Assembly (NCBI GenBank): GCA_038870975.1
Contig: JAVZJD010000002.1
Coordinates: 192,001 to 256,000 of the forward strand
Reading direction: 5' to 3'
Source: Candidatus Bathyarchaeia archaeon
GTDB taxonomy: Archaea; Thermoproteota; CALKCG01; B24
DNA: 64,000 nt
The notes beneath the pieces were generated by a model. The model saw nothing but the letters and a program-made list of their open reading frames with translations, was not told the origin of the DNA and ran no database searches. How positions within the stretch are numbered: the first letter of the stretch is position 1; every line of letters begins with the position of its first letter. This document shows, one piece after another, positions 31,397-41,155 of this stretch. A program made the position numbers and the translations under genes.

Positions 31397-31450
31397 GATT
31401 ACCTCCAGCATAAAACGAAATATTAACCTTTCGTCGCATAGAAGCACATA

Positions 31451-32695
31451 CTAAGCTTCTTCAGAGCTTAAATGCAAAGCTTCGGCATTCAAATTTACCG
31501 AAGTCATCTTTTGAGTTAGAACTTCCCACGGTTCATCCCGAATCGTTACAAGTCCGTAGTTGCTATTCTCCCCGTCGAATCTACCTTCATAGGGCTGATC
31601 AAAGTACTGGAACCAGTGGTAGCCTACTATAAACGGTTGCTTCATAATCGCTTCAACGAATTCTTCAAAGTACTTAGCTCTTTCGAATTGGGTTTTAACT
31701 GGTACACTGGCTCCTCTCGTGTTCGGTAGCCCCGAATCCATAGCCTTAAAGGAGAACTCTGTTACCATTATCGGTAGTCCAGTTATGCTATGGATCTTCT
31801 TGAAGTCCGCCAACCTCCTTGCGAGTTCATCACTGTATGGATTGGGGTAGCAATTGATCGATATGACGTCTACATATCCTATGCAGCCTTCAAGCACTTC
31901 ATCTGGAGGCTTATAGGCGAAACGACACCCTAAAACCAAATGGTTTGGATCGTACTTTTTAATAGCATCGTAGGTTACCTTAAAGTATCGTTTAGCGACC
32001 TGCCTAAGGAAGCTCAATCTATCAGTTTCTACAGCGGGTGTTTTCGGAGCATGTGTAGCTGAGAGTATTTCTTCAAAGGAGGAGAAGGATGTACTCCAAG
32101 CTCTATTCAACAGGGATACTTCCCCGTATTTTTCTCTTAGAAAATCTACAAGTGCTTGCTTACCTTCTGCTTCAGGCGGGAGAAGCATGTAGTCGTCGAA
32201 GAGGTCTCTCTTAGACCTCCAATCCGGTGCCCATCTTAATTCGTTATCTGTGAAATATCCAAGGAGATACTTATCGTTTCTCCTAGACGCGCATATCTTA
32301 CTGGATACCTCTTCCGCCACTTGTTTAAACTTCTTCGAGAAGTAGTCTGTCACAGCTCCACTCTGCCAGTTTGCACCAGCCTTAAGAGCCATATCGAGAA
32401 TAATCGTATAGGGCATTCCCTCACCATAGGTTTCTTCACTCGACCATGCACCTATAGTATTAAACCCCCACCCTTTAAGCCTAGCAATCGTCTCCTTAAC
32501 CCATCTTTCAACAGAACCATACTTCTCCATAATATGCCTATTGTAGGGGCTGTATCCAAGAGACGGCGCATAATCCCCCAAATAATTTACGTGGTTTACA
32601 CCTTTAGATATGAAAAGATTGCCTTCAGGGTCGACAAACCAGAATTTTCCATCGATTTTCTCAACGTGGAAAAACCCCGTAGCTCGGCTAGACAA
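31451..32695 (-). CDS. GH50-like (beta-agarase-like) glycoside hydrolase
   Basis: TGFFHVEKIDGKFWFVDPEG, WGFNTIGAWS, GYFTDNE, DPNHLVLGCRF, TEF, GYHWFQYFDQP, DGENSNYG. Confidence 0.82.
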   Translation of the reverse strand: MSSRATGFFHVEKIDGKFWFVDPEGNLFISKGVNHVNYLGDYAPSLGYSPYNRHIMEKYGSVERWVKETIARLKGWGFNTIGAWSSEETYGEGMPYTIILDMALKAGANWQSGAVTDYFSKKFKQVAEEVSSKICASRRNDKYLLGYFTDNELRWAPDWRSKRDLFDDYMLLPPEAEGKQALVDFLREKYGEVSLLNRAWSTSFSSFEEILSATHAPKTPAVETDRLSFLRQVAKRYFKVTYDAIKKYDPNHLVLGCRFAYKPPDEVLEGCIGYVDVISINCYPNPYSDELARRLADFKKIHSITGLPIMVTEFSFKAMDSGLPNTRGASVPVKTQFERAKYFEEFVEAIMKQPFIVGYHWFQYFDQPYEGRFDGENSNYGLVTIRDEPWEVLTQKMTSVNLNAEALHLSSEEA

Positions 32696-32723
32696 ACGAC
32701 TACCCCCATTTTAATGTAGTGTA

Positions 32724-33386
32724 ATGGAGTATAAGCATTGTGGACTTAAACCTTGGAAGAGTTTAAAAGTAAAAGCTTATTACACCGTCATGTTAGAAAG
32801 ACTCTCGATGGAGTCTACGTTAGTGAAAGGCTTTAATGTAAGCTTTTCAAGAGGAAAGTGTCTTTTAAATCCGTCTAATGTCACAGTTGAAGCCTATAAG
32901 CCTGGAGGCTTTAAGAAAGGCGTTGTAGAGGCTTTAGCTTTAAGCTTCCCTCCGTCTAAAGCAACCTACTTTAGAGATTGGAACGCTGTAACGATTAAGG
33001 CATTTAATAGGCTGATAGGAGTTTATGAATCTGGCAAGGTTACTTTCTGCGCATCAGGCGATGAGGAGGTTGAAAAAATCTTAGATTATGTCAACCATAT
33101 TATTGAGAGCACTTCTAATGAAATCGCAGAGAAGGGTGTTCCAAGGGTTGAAGACGTGGAATCATGGAGTAGGCTTACACCATTGGATTTATACAAACAT
33201 CTCCCTAAAACTAATTGTAGAGAGTGCGGTGAAGATACGTGTATAGCTCTAGCCGCTAAAGTACTATCGGGCGAAAAACCCCTCAAAGACTGTAAACCCC
33301 TCTCAAAGCCTGAGAATAGGAGGCTGCTCGAGGAGTTTAGGAGAAGGCTTGGCGACAAAGCTCTTAAAGCATTAGGTTGGGAATAG
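32724..33386 (+). CDS. Fe-S binding protein (C-terminal FeS domain as in CdhE/RnfB)
   Basis: LPKTNCRECGEDTCIALA...CKPL; real start probably ~32790. Confidence 0.75.
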   Translation: MEYKHCGLKPWKSLKVKAYYTVMLERLSMESTLVKGFNVSFSRGKCLLNPSNVTVEAYKPGGFKKGVVEALALSFPPSKATYFRDWNAVTIKAFNRLIGVYESGKVTFCASGDEEVEKILDYVNHIIESTSNEIAEKGVPRVEDVESWSRLTPLDLYKHLPKTNCRECGEDTCIALAAKVLSGEKPLKDCKPLSKPENRRLLEEFRRRLGDKALKALGWE

Positions 33387-33452
33387 AAGACTTCATAAAC
33401 CTACTGATGAGACTATATCTCGCGAAAAGTCTTATTTAGAGGTCGATATGGA

Positions 33453-34214
33453 TTGCCTATTCACGTCTTCATCCTAGGAATGGCCGGTTGTGGTAAAACA
33501 TCTCTCACAGCTAAATTCACCTATTGGCTAAGAAGGAACATTGGACTTAAGGCTATAGCAGTAAACTTGGATTCAGGTGCTATAAATCTGCCCTATGAAG
33601 CATATATAGACGTGAGGAAATTCTTCACTTTAGAAGAGCTTATGCTGAAGGAGGGACTTGGACCCAACGGTGCCATGGTATATTCTATGGAAATCTTAGA
33701 GAAGATGACACCAAATATTGTAAAAGCTCTAGCTGAAGCAGACTACGACATCGCCGTGATGGATACACCTGGGCAAAACGAAGTATTCTCCTTCAGACCA
33801 GCTGGTCCAAGGGTAGTTGAAGCCTTTACAAAATTAGGGCCATCCGTAGGTGTCTTCCTCATAGATGCTTCAACCATAGTTAAGCCATCGGATTTAGTTG
33901 CCTGCTTCTCAGTATCCATAGCCTCTCAGATAAGGCTTAGAATACCGGTCATAGTGGCCTTAAGCAAGATAGATAAAGCCCTCTTAAACGGTTTAGATAG
34001 ACTACTCACTGACTACAAGTTCCTGAGGTTGAGCGTTAAAAATGAAGTCGGGGAAGGCTTAAATAAAGACTTCACTCTACACCTATTAAGAACCTATAGA
34101 AACTTCATGAAAATCCAGAAGCCTGTAAAAACATCTGCCCTAACAGAAAAAGGCTTGGAAGAACTCTACGATACGATACATGAAGCTCTATGTGAATGCG
34201 GCGATTTAACTTAA
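33453..34214 (+). CDS. GPN-loop GTPase
   Basis: GMAGCGKT, GLGPNGA, DTPGQ. Confidence 0.92.
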   Translation: MPIHVFILGMAGCGKTSLTAKFTYWLRRNIGLKAIAVNLDSGAINLPYEAYIDVRKFFTLEELMLKEGLGPNGAMVYSMEILEKMTPNIVKALAEADYDIAVMDTPGQNEVFSFRPAGPRVVEAFTKLGPSVGVFLIDASTIVKPSDLVACFSVSIASQIRLRIPVIVALSKIDKALLNGLDRLLTDYKFLRLSVKNEVGEGLNKDFTLHLLRTYRNFMKIQKPVKTSALTEKGLEELYDTIHEALCECGDLT

Positions 34215-35212
34215 GCTTTCAACCACTCTTCCTTAGAGTATTGAGCACGTTTTCCATGCGCTGCGATTTGAGGTGGAGGTTTCTCCCCTCGGTGAATGTA
34301 CTGGTAGGCTTCTCTGTGCCTCTGGTAGTACATGCATGCTGGTTCAAAGCCCAGTTCTTTCTGAAGCTGTTCAACCGTAATAGTAGAATCTATGGGTTCT
34401 ACGAGGAATAGTCCATCATCTAGGCTTGAACGTACCTCTACACGGTTTGAGTAGAGCTTCATTATCTTATCAGGAATACTGTAGTTGAAATCGTAATGTG
34501 CAACTGTAAAGTCTAGGTTTACATCGTGAACTGCGACGTTTTTAAGCTCATCTGTTTCAGCTAGAATATTTCCCAAGGGGTCTATTATCTTAGATTTATC
34601 CGATCTTACGGAGGATACAATGTAGTAGTGGTGTAAATAGGCGTAGACTTGTAGTGCAAAACCTCCGTTGTAAGCTGAGCACCAGACAACCATTCTGGCG
34701 TTTTTATCAGCTAAAGTCTGCCAAGTCTCGGGAAAGCCTATGTCGAAACATATTTGAATACCTATCCGTCCGAAGTCTAAATCGAAGACTTTAGCCTCAC
34801 TTCCAGGTGTTACACCGTCTTCAAAAACCGTATAATCGCTTGAAGATGTGACAGGGTGGATTTTATCATATACCCCTATGATGTCTCCAGACCTATCTAT
34901 GACGACTGCCGAATTCCATATCTTTCCATCCCTCTTAGTATAGAGGGGGCATATAATGTAGGAACTGTATTCAGTCGCCTTAATTGAAACCGTTTTTACA
35001 ATGGGTCCGGGTATTGCCTCAGCTAAGTCTTCAAGTGGTTTATTAACAGACACAGTTGCAAATGCCTCTGGTAGACAGACTAAATCAGGCTGATAGCTGA
35101 GAGCGATGTCCAGAAGCTTCATAACGTGTTTCAAATTCCCTTCGATAGTGTTGTAGAAACGATTGGCCTGGCAAACTGTTGCTACACGCGCCCTTTTACT
35201 CATATAGACCAC
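34211..35212 (-). CDS. Carbon-nitrogen hydrolase (nitrilase superfamily)
   Basis: LPE, YDKIHP, ICFD catalytic triad. Confidence 0.9.
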   Translation of the reverse strand: MVYMSKRARVATVCQANRFYNTIEGNLKHVMKLLDIALSYQPDLVCLPEAFATVSVNKPLEDLAEAIPGPIVKTVSIKATEYSSYIICPLYTKRDGKIWNSAVVIDRSGDIIGVYDKIHPVTSSSDYTVFEDGVTPGSEAKVFDLDFGRIGIQICFDIGFPETWQTLADKNARMVVWCSAYNGGFALQVYAYLHHYYIVSSVRSDKSKIIDPLGNILAETDELKNVAVHDVNLDFTVAHYDFNYSIPDKIMKLYSNRVEVRSSLDDGLFLVEPIDSTITVEQLQKELGFEPACMYYQRHREAYQYIHRGEKPPPQIAAHGKRAQYSKEEWLKA

Positions 35213-35320
35213 GTTAAACTCAAACTCTACTTCATGGTTTAAAAAGATTTCACCTGGGCTCTAGAGATTTATAGGAAACAGTTATTATCTTTTTAAGCCG
35301 TTTTAAAGTAGTGTGAAGCC

Positions 35321-35944
35321 TTGAATTCCAGCATTAAGAGGGTGAAAGAAGAGCTTAGGCTAGAAGTTTGGAGGCGGCTTGATGAGGCTAATGTGACGCT
35401 TCCTCCGAAACCGTGTTATGGGCGGATTCCAAATTTTATAGGTGCTTACGAAGCCGCCTTGAAAGCATCTAAGTTGACTGAGTGGGAGAATGCTAGAGTT
35501 GTTTTTATAAACCCAGATAGCCCTCAAAGGCATTTGAGGACTATAGCGTTAAAACAAGGTAAACTATTGATTATGGCATCTCCTAGACTTAAAAGCGGTT
35601 TTCTAGTAATAAATCCTTTAGAGGTTAAGGGGGTTGAAGAAGAGGCTTCGACTATCAGAGGTGCCTTCAAGTATGGAAGGATGAGTGAAACTGTAGCGTA
35701 CAAGCCAGACTTAATTGTGACAGGCTGTGTAGCAGTAGATGGGGAGTTCAACAGGCTTGGTAAAGGAGGAGGTTACGGCGATAAAGAGATATCCATAGTA
35801 AAGGGTAAGTACGGGTCTAACATACCTGTTTTAACTACGATTCACGACCTACAGATCGTAGAGAAAATACCCGTAGAGCCACATGACTCAAAAGTTGATA
35901 TAGTTGTAACACCATCTAGAATTCTCAGGAGAAGACAAGCGTGA
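35321..35944 (+). CDS. 5-formyltetrahydrofolate cyclo-ligase family protein (MTHFSD-like)
   Basis: GRIPNFIG, NPDSPQ, RLGKGGGYGD, EPHD. Confidence 0.88.
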   Translation: MNSSIKRVKEELRLEVWRRLDEANVTLPPKPCYGRIPNFIGAYEAALKASKLTEWENARVVFINPDSPQRHLRTIALKQGKLLIMASPRLKSGFLVINPLEVKGVEEEASTIRGAFKYGRMSETVAYKPDLIVTGCVAVDGEFNRLGKGGGYGDKEISIVKGKYGSNIPVLTTIHDLQIVEKIPVEPHDSKVDIVVTPSRILRRRQA

Positions 35945-36375
35945 AAATCCTCACACTCTGCGGCGTAGCTCAAGCTAGAGTAGGCTGTACTTTCCTAGCT
36001 GGCAAACCGTCGGAGCAATGTATCAACTGTAGACTCTATAAAGTCTGTGTAGGTAAATTAGAGCCTCATAGGCTCTACCGTGTAGTAGAAGTCAGAGGCA
36101 GAGTTTTCCAATGTACACTTCATAAAGATGGTGTCAAACTGGTCGTAGTTGAAGAGAACCCTGTGGAAGCTGCTGTAGAAGACAAACTCATAGTGGAGGG
36201 AATGACGCTCGTATTCAGCCCAATCTTATGTAAAATCGACTGCATCAATAAAAGCCTCTGTACTCCAGAGGGGCTTATGAAAAACGATAGATGTCGAGTG
36301 GTTGAAGTCGGGGGAAGGTTGAACTGCCCCGCAGGGTTAAAGCTTAGGAGGGTTGTTCTTAGGAGGGTTCCTTAG
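35941..36375 (+). CDS. UPF0179 family protein
   Basis: Cys pattern CINCRLYKVC, CTLH, CP near the C-terminus. Confidence 0.82.
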   Translation: MKILTLCGVAQARVGCTFLAGKPSEQCINCRLYKVCVGKLEPHRLYRVVEVRGRVFQCTLHKDGVKLVVVEENPVEAAVEDKLIVEGMTLVFSPILCKIDCINKSLCTPEGLMKNDRCRVVEVGGRLNCPAGLKLRRVVLRRVP

Positions 36376-37084
36376 CTTCTTTAGACTCTGTTTTAGCTTC
36401 GACACGTCTAGTATATTCCTCTGTAAACACTATCTTTGAAAACTCTGGTATGAATTTTAGAATGTCGTTCGCTATACCACGTTTTATAACCTGTATTCCA
36501 TCTATCATATAGCTCTCAGAAGGCATGTTTATGACTAGAACGTTTGAATTTAAAGATAGTGAAAACTTCTCAATTGGGATTGTGGGTAGACGTCTATGCA
36601 GTAACGCCTTAATCCTATTAATCGAATCTTTCACTTCACTCTTAACTTCAACTTCGTAGAGTAGGGTTTTACCCGCTAGCGGATGGTTGAAGTCCAATTG
36701 AACTCTACCTGATGATATACTTCTCACGGTCGCCAATGCATTTCTAAACCTTACCCTTGCGCCAGGCTGCAGGTTTGATTCACCTTTAAACATTCTAAGA
36801 GGTACGAGTTTCAATTTTGATGGGTCTCTAACACCGAAGCCCTTTTCAGGGGGGATTTCAATCTCTCTTTTCTCACCAACGTTCATCTCGTAGAGTTTCT
36901 CCTCTAAACCGCTTATAACCCAACCTTCCCCCAGAACCACCAACATTGGCTCGTAAATTACGTCCGAACTATAGATGTTAAACTTCCTAGCCTCTGCCTC
37001 AATAGTGGTATCGAAAACTTCGTTTGTATCTTTAACTCTAGCTACATATTCTATTGTTATGAAGTCTCCTTTCTGAAATGGCAT
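36359..37084 (-). CDS. slyD: Long-type FKBP peptidyl-prolyl isomerase (SlyD-like)
   Basis: FDTT, IPPEKGFG, DFNHPLAGK. Confidence 0.9.
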   Translation of the reverse strand: MPFQKGDFITIEYVARVKDTNEVFDTTIEAEARKFNIYSSDVIYEPMLVVLGEGWVISGLEEKLYEMNVGEKREIEIPPEKGFGVRDPSKLKLVPLRMFKGESNLQPGARVRFRNALATVRSISSGRVQLDFNHPLAGKTLLYEVEVKSEVKDSINRIKALLHRRLPTIPIEKFSLSLNSNVLVINMPSESYMIDGIQVIKRGIANDILKFIPEFSKIVFTEEYTRRVEAKTESKEAKEPS

Positions 37085-37534
37085 GAATTCACCTCTTCCA
37101 GATGGAGTAATATACCTCTTTTAAGGTTTACTGTTATTAGAAGAGAGTATTAAACTATAATGCTAACGATACTCGATGATGAGTAGCTCGTAATATGGTA
37201 TATCCTCCCAAAACTTCCAGATATCCTTTCACTCCAACACAAACCTGCGTGTTTAAGTAGTGGCGCTCTAAATGACTCGATTTCTTCACAAGACTTACGT
37301 TTTTGAAAGAAAAAGCTCGAAGTCCAACTAAGAACATCCTTTACGTTTTTAAACTAGTCCCCTCCAGCTCTAAACTTCAATACATTTAGCCGCGTAGTCT
37401 TCAAGCCACCCATCGCCTAACAAGCTCTTGTAAAAGCTTTCAAACAGGTGCACGACTTCGGACTGAAAACCCTACATGTATTACCGTTCTAGAGGTATTG
37501 ATACAGCTAAAACGAGGGATTTAAGAACTATAAG

Positions 37535-38194
37535 TTAACTCGAGCCTACTCTTTTTAAGAATACCTTCGGCTGGTCATTTAACTCCAGAATTGCGTAGAA
37601 GTTTTGTTTGGCCGGGCCAGGGTTTACGATTAGAGTTTCACCCAGTCGGTCCATACCCCTAGCCTCATGTATATGGCCATGTACGACGGCTAGGGGTTTA
37701 TACTCCTCTATGAACTTTCTTAAAGCTCTGCTTCCCGCGTGTAAACCAAGGGATGTTAAATCGGTTGAGGTATCCGCTGGAGGACTATGGGAGACGACTA
37801 TTAAACGTCCTTTAAAATCGTTTAAAGCCCCTTTAACTATTCGATATATCTCTTCTTCTTCAAATTCTATCCTAGTGGAGAACGGTGTCTTAGGAGAGCC
37901 TCCTATGCCTAAGAAGGCTGTTGAATCTGACATGTGAAGTTTACTGTGTATGTTTAAAGCATCTTGAACGTTTCCCGAGGTTAAAAGAGCTGGTGGGTCG
38001 CAATTTCCAGGGACGAAAAACGTTTTAAGCCCTCTGAAGAAGCTTAACATTTTTTCAGCTTCATTTAAACTTCCAAAATGCGTAATATCGCCGCATATAA
38101 CGAGTAAATCTAGCTTAAGCTTCAATGCTTCTCTCGAAAGCGTGTAAGCTGCATTAAAACTGCTATGTATATCGCTTAAAACCATGACCTTCAA
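37535..38194 (-). CDS. Metallophosphoesterase
   Basis: SDIH, GD, GNCD, SHSPP, GHIHE, NPG. Confidence 0.9.
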   Translation of the reverse strand: MKVMVLSDIHSSFNAAYTLSREALKLKLDLLVICGDITHFGSLNEAEKMLSFFRGLKTFFVPGNCDPPALLTSGNVQDALNIHSKLHMSDSTAFLGIGGSPKTPFSTRIEFEEEEIYRIVKGALNDFKGRLIVVSHSPPADTSTDLTSLGLHAGSRALRKFIEEYKPLAVVHGHIHEARGMDRLGETLIVNPGPAKQNFYAILELNDQPKVFLKRVGSS

Positions 38195-38195
38195 T

Positions 38196-38474
38196 CTACC
38201 ACCATCTTATTTCAAAAGTTTTAAACTCACCCACGTATGGTTCTTCGTAAAAAACGACACTATCCACTTTAGCTGACGATGGCCCTCTTCGACACCATGC
38301 TAAAACTCTTCTAACAGCCTCCTCCTCTCCTTCTAATACTGCTTCAACCCTTCCATCTGGGAGATTTCTAACCCACCCGTAGACACCGTTTGAAAGAGCC
38401 ATCCTCCTCAAGTGATGTCTAAAGCCTACCCCTTGAACAAAGCCTTGTATGAATACGTGGATGCGGGTTTTCAT
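38196..38474 (-). CDS. acyP: Acylphosphatase
   Basis: VQGVGFR, GWVRNLPDGRVE. Confidence 0.95.
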   Translation of the reverse strand: MKTRIHVFIQGFVQGVGFRHHLRRMALSNGVYGWVRNLPDGRVEAVLEGEEEAVRRVLAWCRRGPSSAKVDSVVFYEEPYVGEFKTFEIRWW

Positions 38475-38566
38475 CTAAGGCTATAAGGATATGTGGGAAA
38501 TTTAAATCTTGAGGCTGGTCTAATTGTGTAGGGGATCTGATAAGAGAGACTACGTAATCTCAGCAC

Positions 38567-39703
38567 TCACCATAATACTTTACCAGCCTCTGCTAAACCT
38601 ACACCGATTTTATCTACACCGTAGCCTAAGTATGCTAAAGAAGACTCGAGAGCGTTTACAGTAGCTAAGACTTCATAGGCTGAAATATTCCCCATGCACC
38701 CTATCCTGAAGATAGAGCCTCTCAGTTTACCCTGACCTCCTCCTATGACCACACCGTGTTTTAAACGCATAGTCTTTATGAGTTCTTCTGAATTAACGCT
38801 TTTAGGTGTTTTAACGGCTATCACAGTATTTGAACGGTATTCAGGTTCAAAAGGATACGGTTCTAAATCTAAGGATTCAATAGCTCTATAGAATGCTCTA
38901 GCACATTTTTCATGTCTAGCTATTCTAGCTTCAAGCCCCTCCTCTCTAACCATTTTCAATGCTTCACTGAGCGCGTAGAAGAGTGGAATACTAGGCGTGT
39001 AGGGGGTCTGTCCCCTCTCCATATATTCAAGGTAGGCTTTAAGATTGAAGTATATGCCTCTGTTTACCCTTTTAGCCTCCTCTATGAAGCGTTCACTAAC
39101 TGAAACGAAGGCTAATCCTGGAGGTGCTGCTATACACTTCTGACTACCTGTGACACATGCATCAATACCCCATTTATCCACCGGGAGTTCAACTCCTCCT
39201 AGGCTCGAAACAGCATCAACTATAACCAGTGCATCATGATCGTGAGCGATACGCGATATTTCAGCGAGGTCTCTAACTAAAACACCTGTAGACGTCTCAT
39301 TGTGGATTATCAGTATTGCTTTCACATTACGCTCTCTAGTGAAGGCTTCTTCAACCATATCCGGTTTAACAGAAAACCCCCACTCAACTGGTATTCTTAA
39401 GGCTCTACCGCCGTAAGCCTCAACTATCTCAGCAAATCTGTCGCAGAAGAAACCCATTGTCGGCACTATTACAGTATCACCTTTTTCAATGACGTTGCTC
39501 ACTGCAAACTCCATACCTCCAGTTCCAGAAGAAGTTAAAATTACAATCGGGTTTTCAGTTTGAAAAACATACTTGAGGTCTGCTTGAACCTCCTCTAGAA
39601 GCTGTTTAAATTCCGGTCCCCTATGGTTGATTAGAGGCCTACTCATGGCTAACATGACTCTTTGAGCTGGAGTGGTAGGTCCAGGTATCATTAGGAGAGG
39701 CAT
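38567..39703 (-). CDS. Class V aminotransferase (alanine-glyoxylate / serine-pyruvate type)
   Basis: MIPGP, HNETSTG, DAVSS, GSQKC (PLP lysine). Confidence 0.92.
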   Translation of the reverse strand: MPLLMIPGPTTPAQRVMLAMSRPLINHRGPEFKQLLEEVQADLKYVFQTENPIVILTSSGTGGMEFAVSNVIEKGDTVIVPTMGFFCDRFAEIVEAYGGRALRIPVEWGFSVKPDMVEEAFTRERNVKAILIIHNETSTGVLVRDLAEISRIAHDHDALVIVDAVSSLGGVELPVDKWGIDACVTGSQKCIAAPPGLAFVSVSERFIEEAKRVNRGIYFNLKAYLEYMERGQTPYTPSIPLFYALSEALKMVREEGLEARIARHEKCARAFYRAIESLDLEPYPFEPEYRSNTVIAVKTPKSVNSEELIKTMRLKHGVVIGGGQGKLRGSIFRIGCMGNISAYEVLATVNALESSLAYLGYGVDKIGVGLAEAGKVLW

Positions 39704-39740
39704 TGTAGCACCTCCATTAGCCCATCCATTTTAGCGAATT

Positions 39741-41093
39741 CTAAGCTTTAAGTTTTCCCCTAATGTACGCTACGACTTTTTCAACCTGTTCTACAGCTGT
39801 ACCTATGTAGTTTTCAGGCTTCATAGCTTTCTCGACTTCTTCAACCGTTAAATATTTTCTCACATCGGAGTTTTCTGCTAAAACATCTCTAAGCCGTTTA
39901 CCAGCTTTCCAAGCTTCCATAGAACATCTTCTAACCACTTCGTGAGCCCACTGTCTATCAGCTCCTTTAGAAACCATTGCTATCATAACTGCTTCAGACA
40001 TTATGAGGTCCTTCTGAGCCTCAAGGTTTCTCCTTACATTCTCAGGATAAACTCTTAATCCTCTTAAGACGTCAGCCATAGTTTTTAGTTGCTCATCTAA
40101 AAGTAGGCATACCTCTGGTAGCATAACTCTTTCACAACTACTGTTGGTTAAGTCTCTCTCATGTTCTAACACTATATTCTCCAATGCAGCCAAAGCCATA
40201 GATCTTACAATCCTAGCTAAACCACAGACTTTTTCGCATTTGATCGGGTTTCGTTTATGCGGCATGGTGCTCGAGCCGACTTGAGAATCCTCTCTAAAGG
40301 GCTCTTCAACTTCTCCTATCTCACTCCTCTGAAGGTTTCGAATTTCATTAGCAATCTTATCCAATGTTGAAGATATCATAGCGGTTAATAACGCAAACTC
40401 TGCTATTCCATCTCTAGGAACGACTTGAGTAGCAATCGTAGGCTCGTAAACACCCATAATCGCCATAACTCTCTTTTGAATTTGAAAACCCTTATCTCCA
40501 AAGCTTGCCATAGTCCCAACTGCACCGCTCATCTTGCCTACGCATATCCTAGGCTTAGCTTCTTCAAGTCTCTCTATATGGCGTACGACCTCTGAGGCAT
40601 AAACTGCGAATTTAAAGCCCATGGTTGTCGGTAGTGCTGCAACTCCGTGCGTTCTACCGAGACAGACAAGGCTCTTGTATTTTTCAGATAGGTCTACCAG
40701 CTTAAGAGCAACGTCTTTCAACCTAGATTCGATTAGGCTTATAGAATCTCTCAACTGTGTAGCTAGAACTGTGTCCGTTATATCGTTGGAAGTAGCACCA
40801 ACGTGTATATACCCTCCATATGTGCCGCTTTTTTCAGCTAGAGCTTTCACAACAGCCATAACTTCATGGTCTGTTACACGCTCCCAACGCTCGACGTCTT
40901 CAAGCGTTACATCGCCGCTTTCGATAAGACTGTGGATTTTTTCAGCCGCTTCCAGAGGAGCCAACCCAACTTCAGATAGAGCCCTTAGAAGAGCAACCTC
41001 AACCATGATCATTCTTCTAAGCCATTCGTTTCTATCCCATATTCTCCTCATCTCAGCAGTTCCATACCTGTATTCAACCGGGTGAACTGGCAT
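39741..41093 (-). CDS. purB: Adenylosuccinate lyase
   Basis: GATSNDI, GRTHG, GSSTMPHKRNP, HERDL. Confidence 0.96.
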   Translation of the reverse strand: MPVHPVEYRYGTAEMRRIWDRNEWLRRMIMVEVALLRALSEVGLAPLEAAEKIHSLIESGDVTLEDVERWERVTDHEVMAVVKALAEKSGTYGGYIHVGATSNDITDTVLATQLRDSISLIESRLKDVALKLVDLSEKYKSLVCLGRTHGVAALPTTMGFKFAVYASEVVRHIERLEEAKPRICVGKMSGAVGTMASFGDKGFQIQKRVMAIMGVYEPTIATQVVPRDGIAEFALLTAMISSTLDKIANEIRNLQRSEIGEVEEPFREDSQVGSSTMPHKRNPIKCEKVCGLARIVRSMALAALENIVLEHERDLTNSSCERVMLPEVCLLLDEQLKTMADVLRGLRVYPENVRRNLEAQKDLIMSEAVMIAMVSKGADRQWAHEVVRRCSMEAWKAGKRLRDVLAENSDVRKYLTVEEVEKAMKPENYIGTAVEQVEKVVAYIRGKLKA

Positions 41094-41155
41094 AATCTGT
41101 CACCTACTAAACCGTAAAGGTAATAAGTGATTATTTAAAATTCTGTTAAACATGT

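Noticed and set aside
33387-33432. Hammerhead ribozyme-like core (AAGACTTC...CTGATGA...GAAAAGTCTT)
   Set aside because: Core letters and a 7-bp stem III are present, but stems I and II cannot pair; the 3' part is better read as the BRE-TATA of the GPN GTPase gene.
37100-37530. 430-bp gap with a 60-aa ORF and an ATGATGA
   Set aside because: No recognisable protein motif and no matching D box; possibly decayed sequence.
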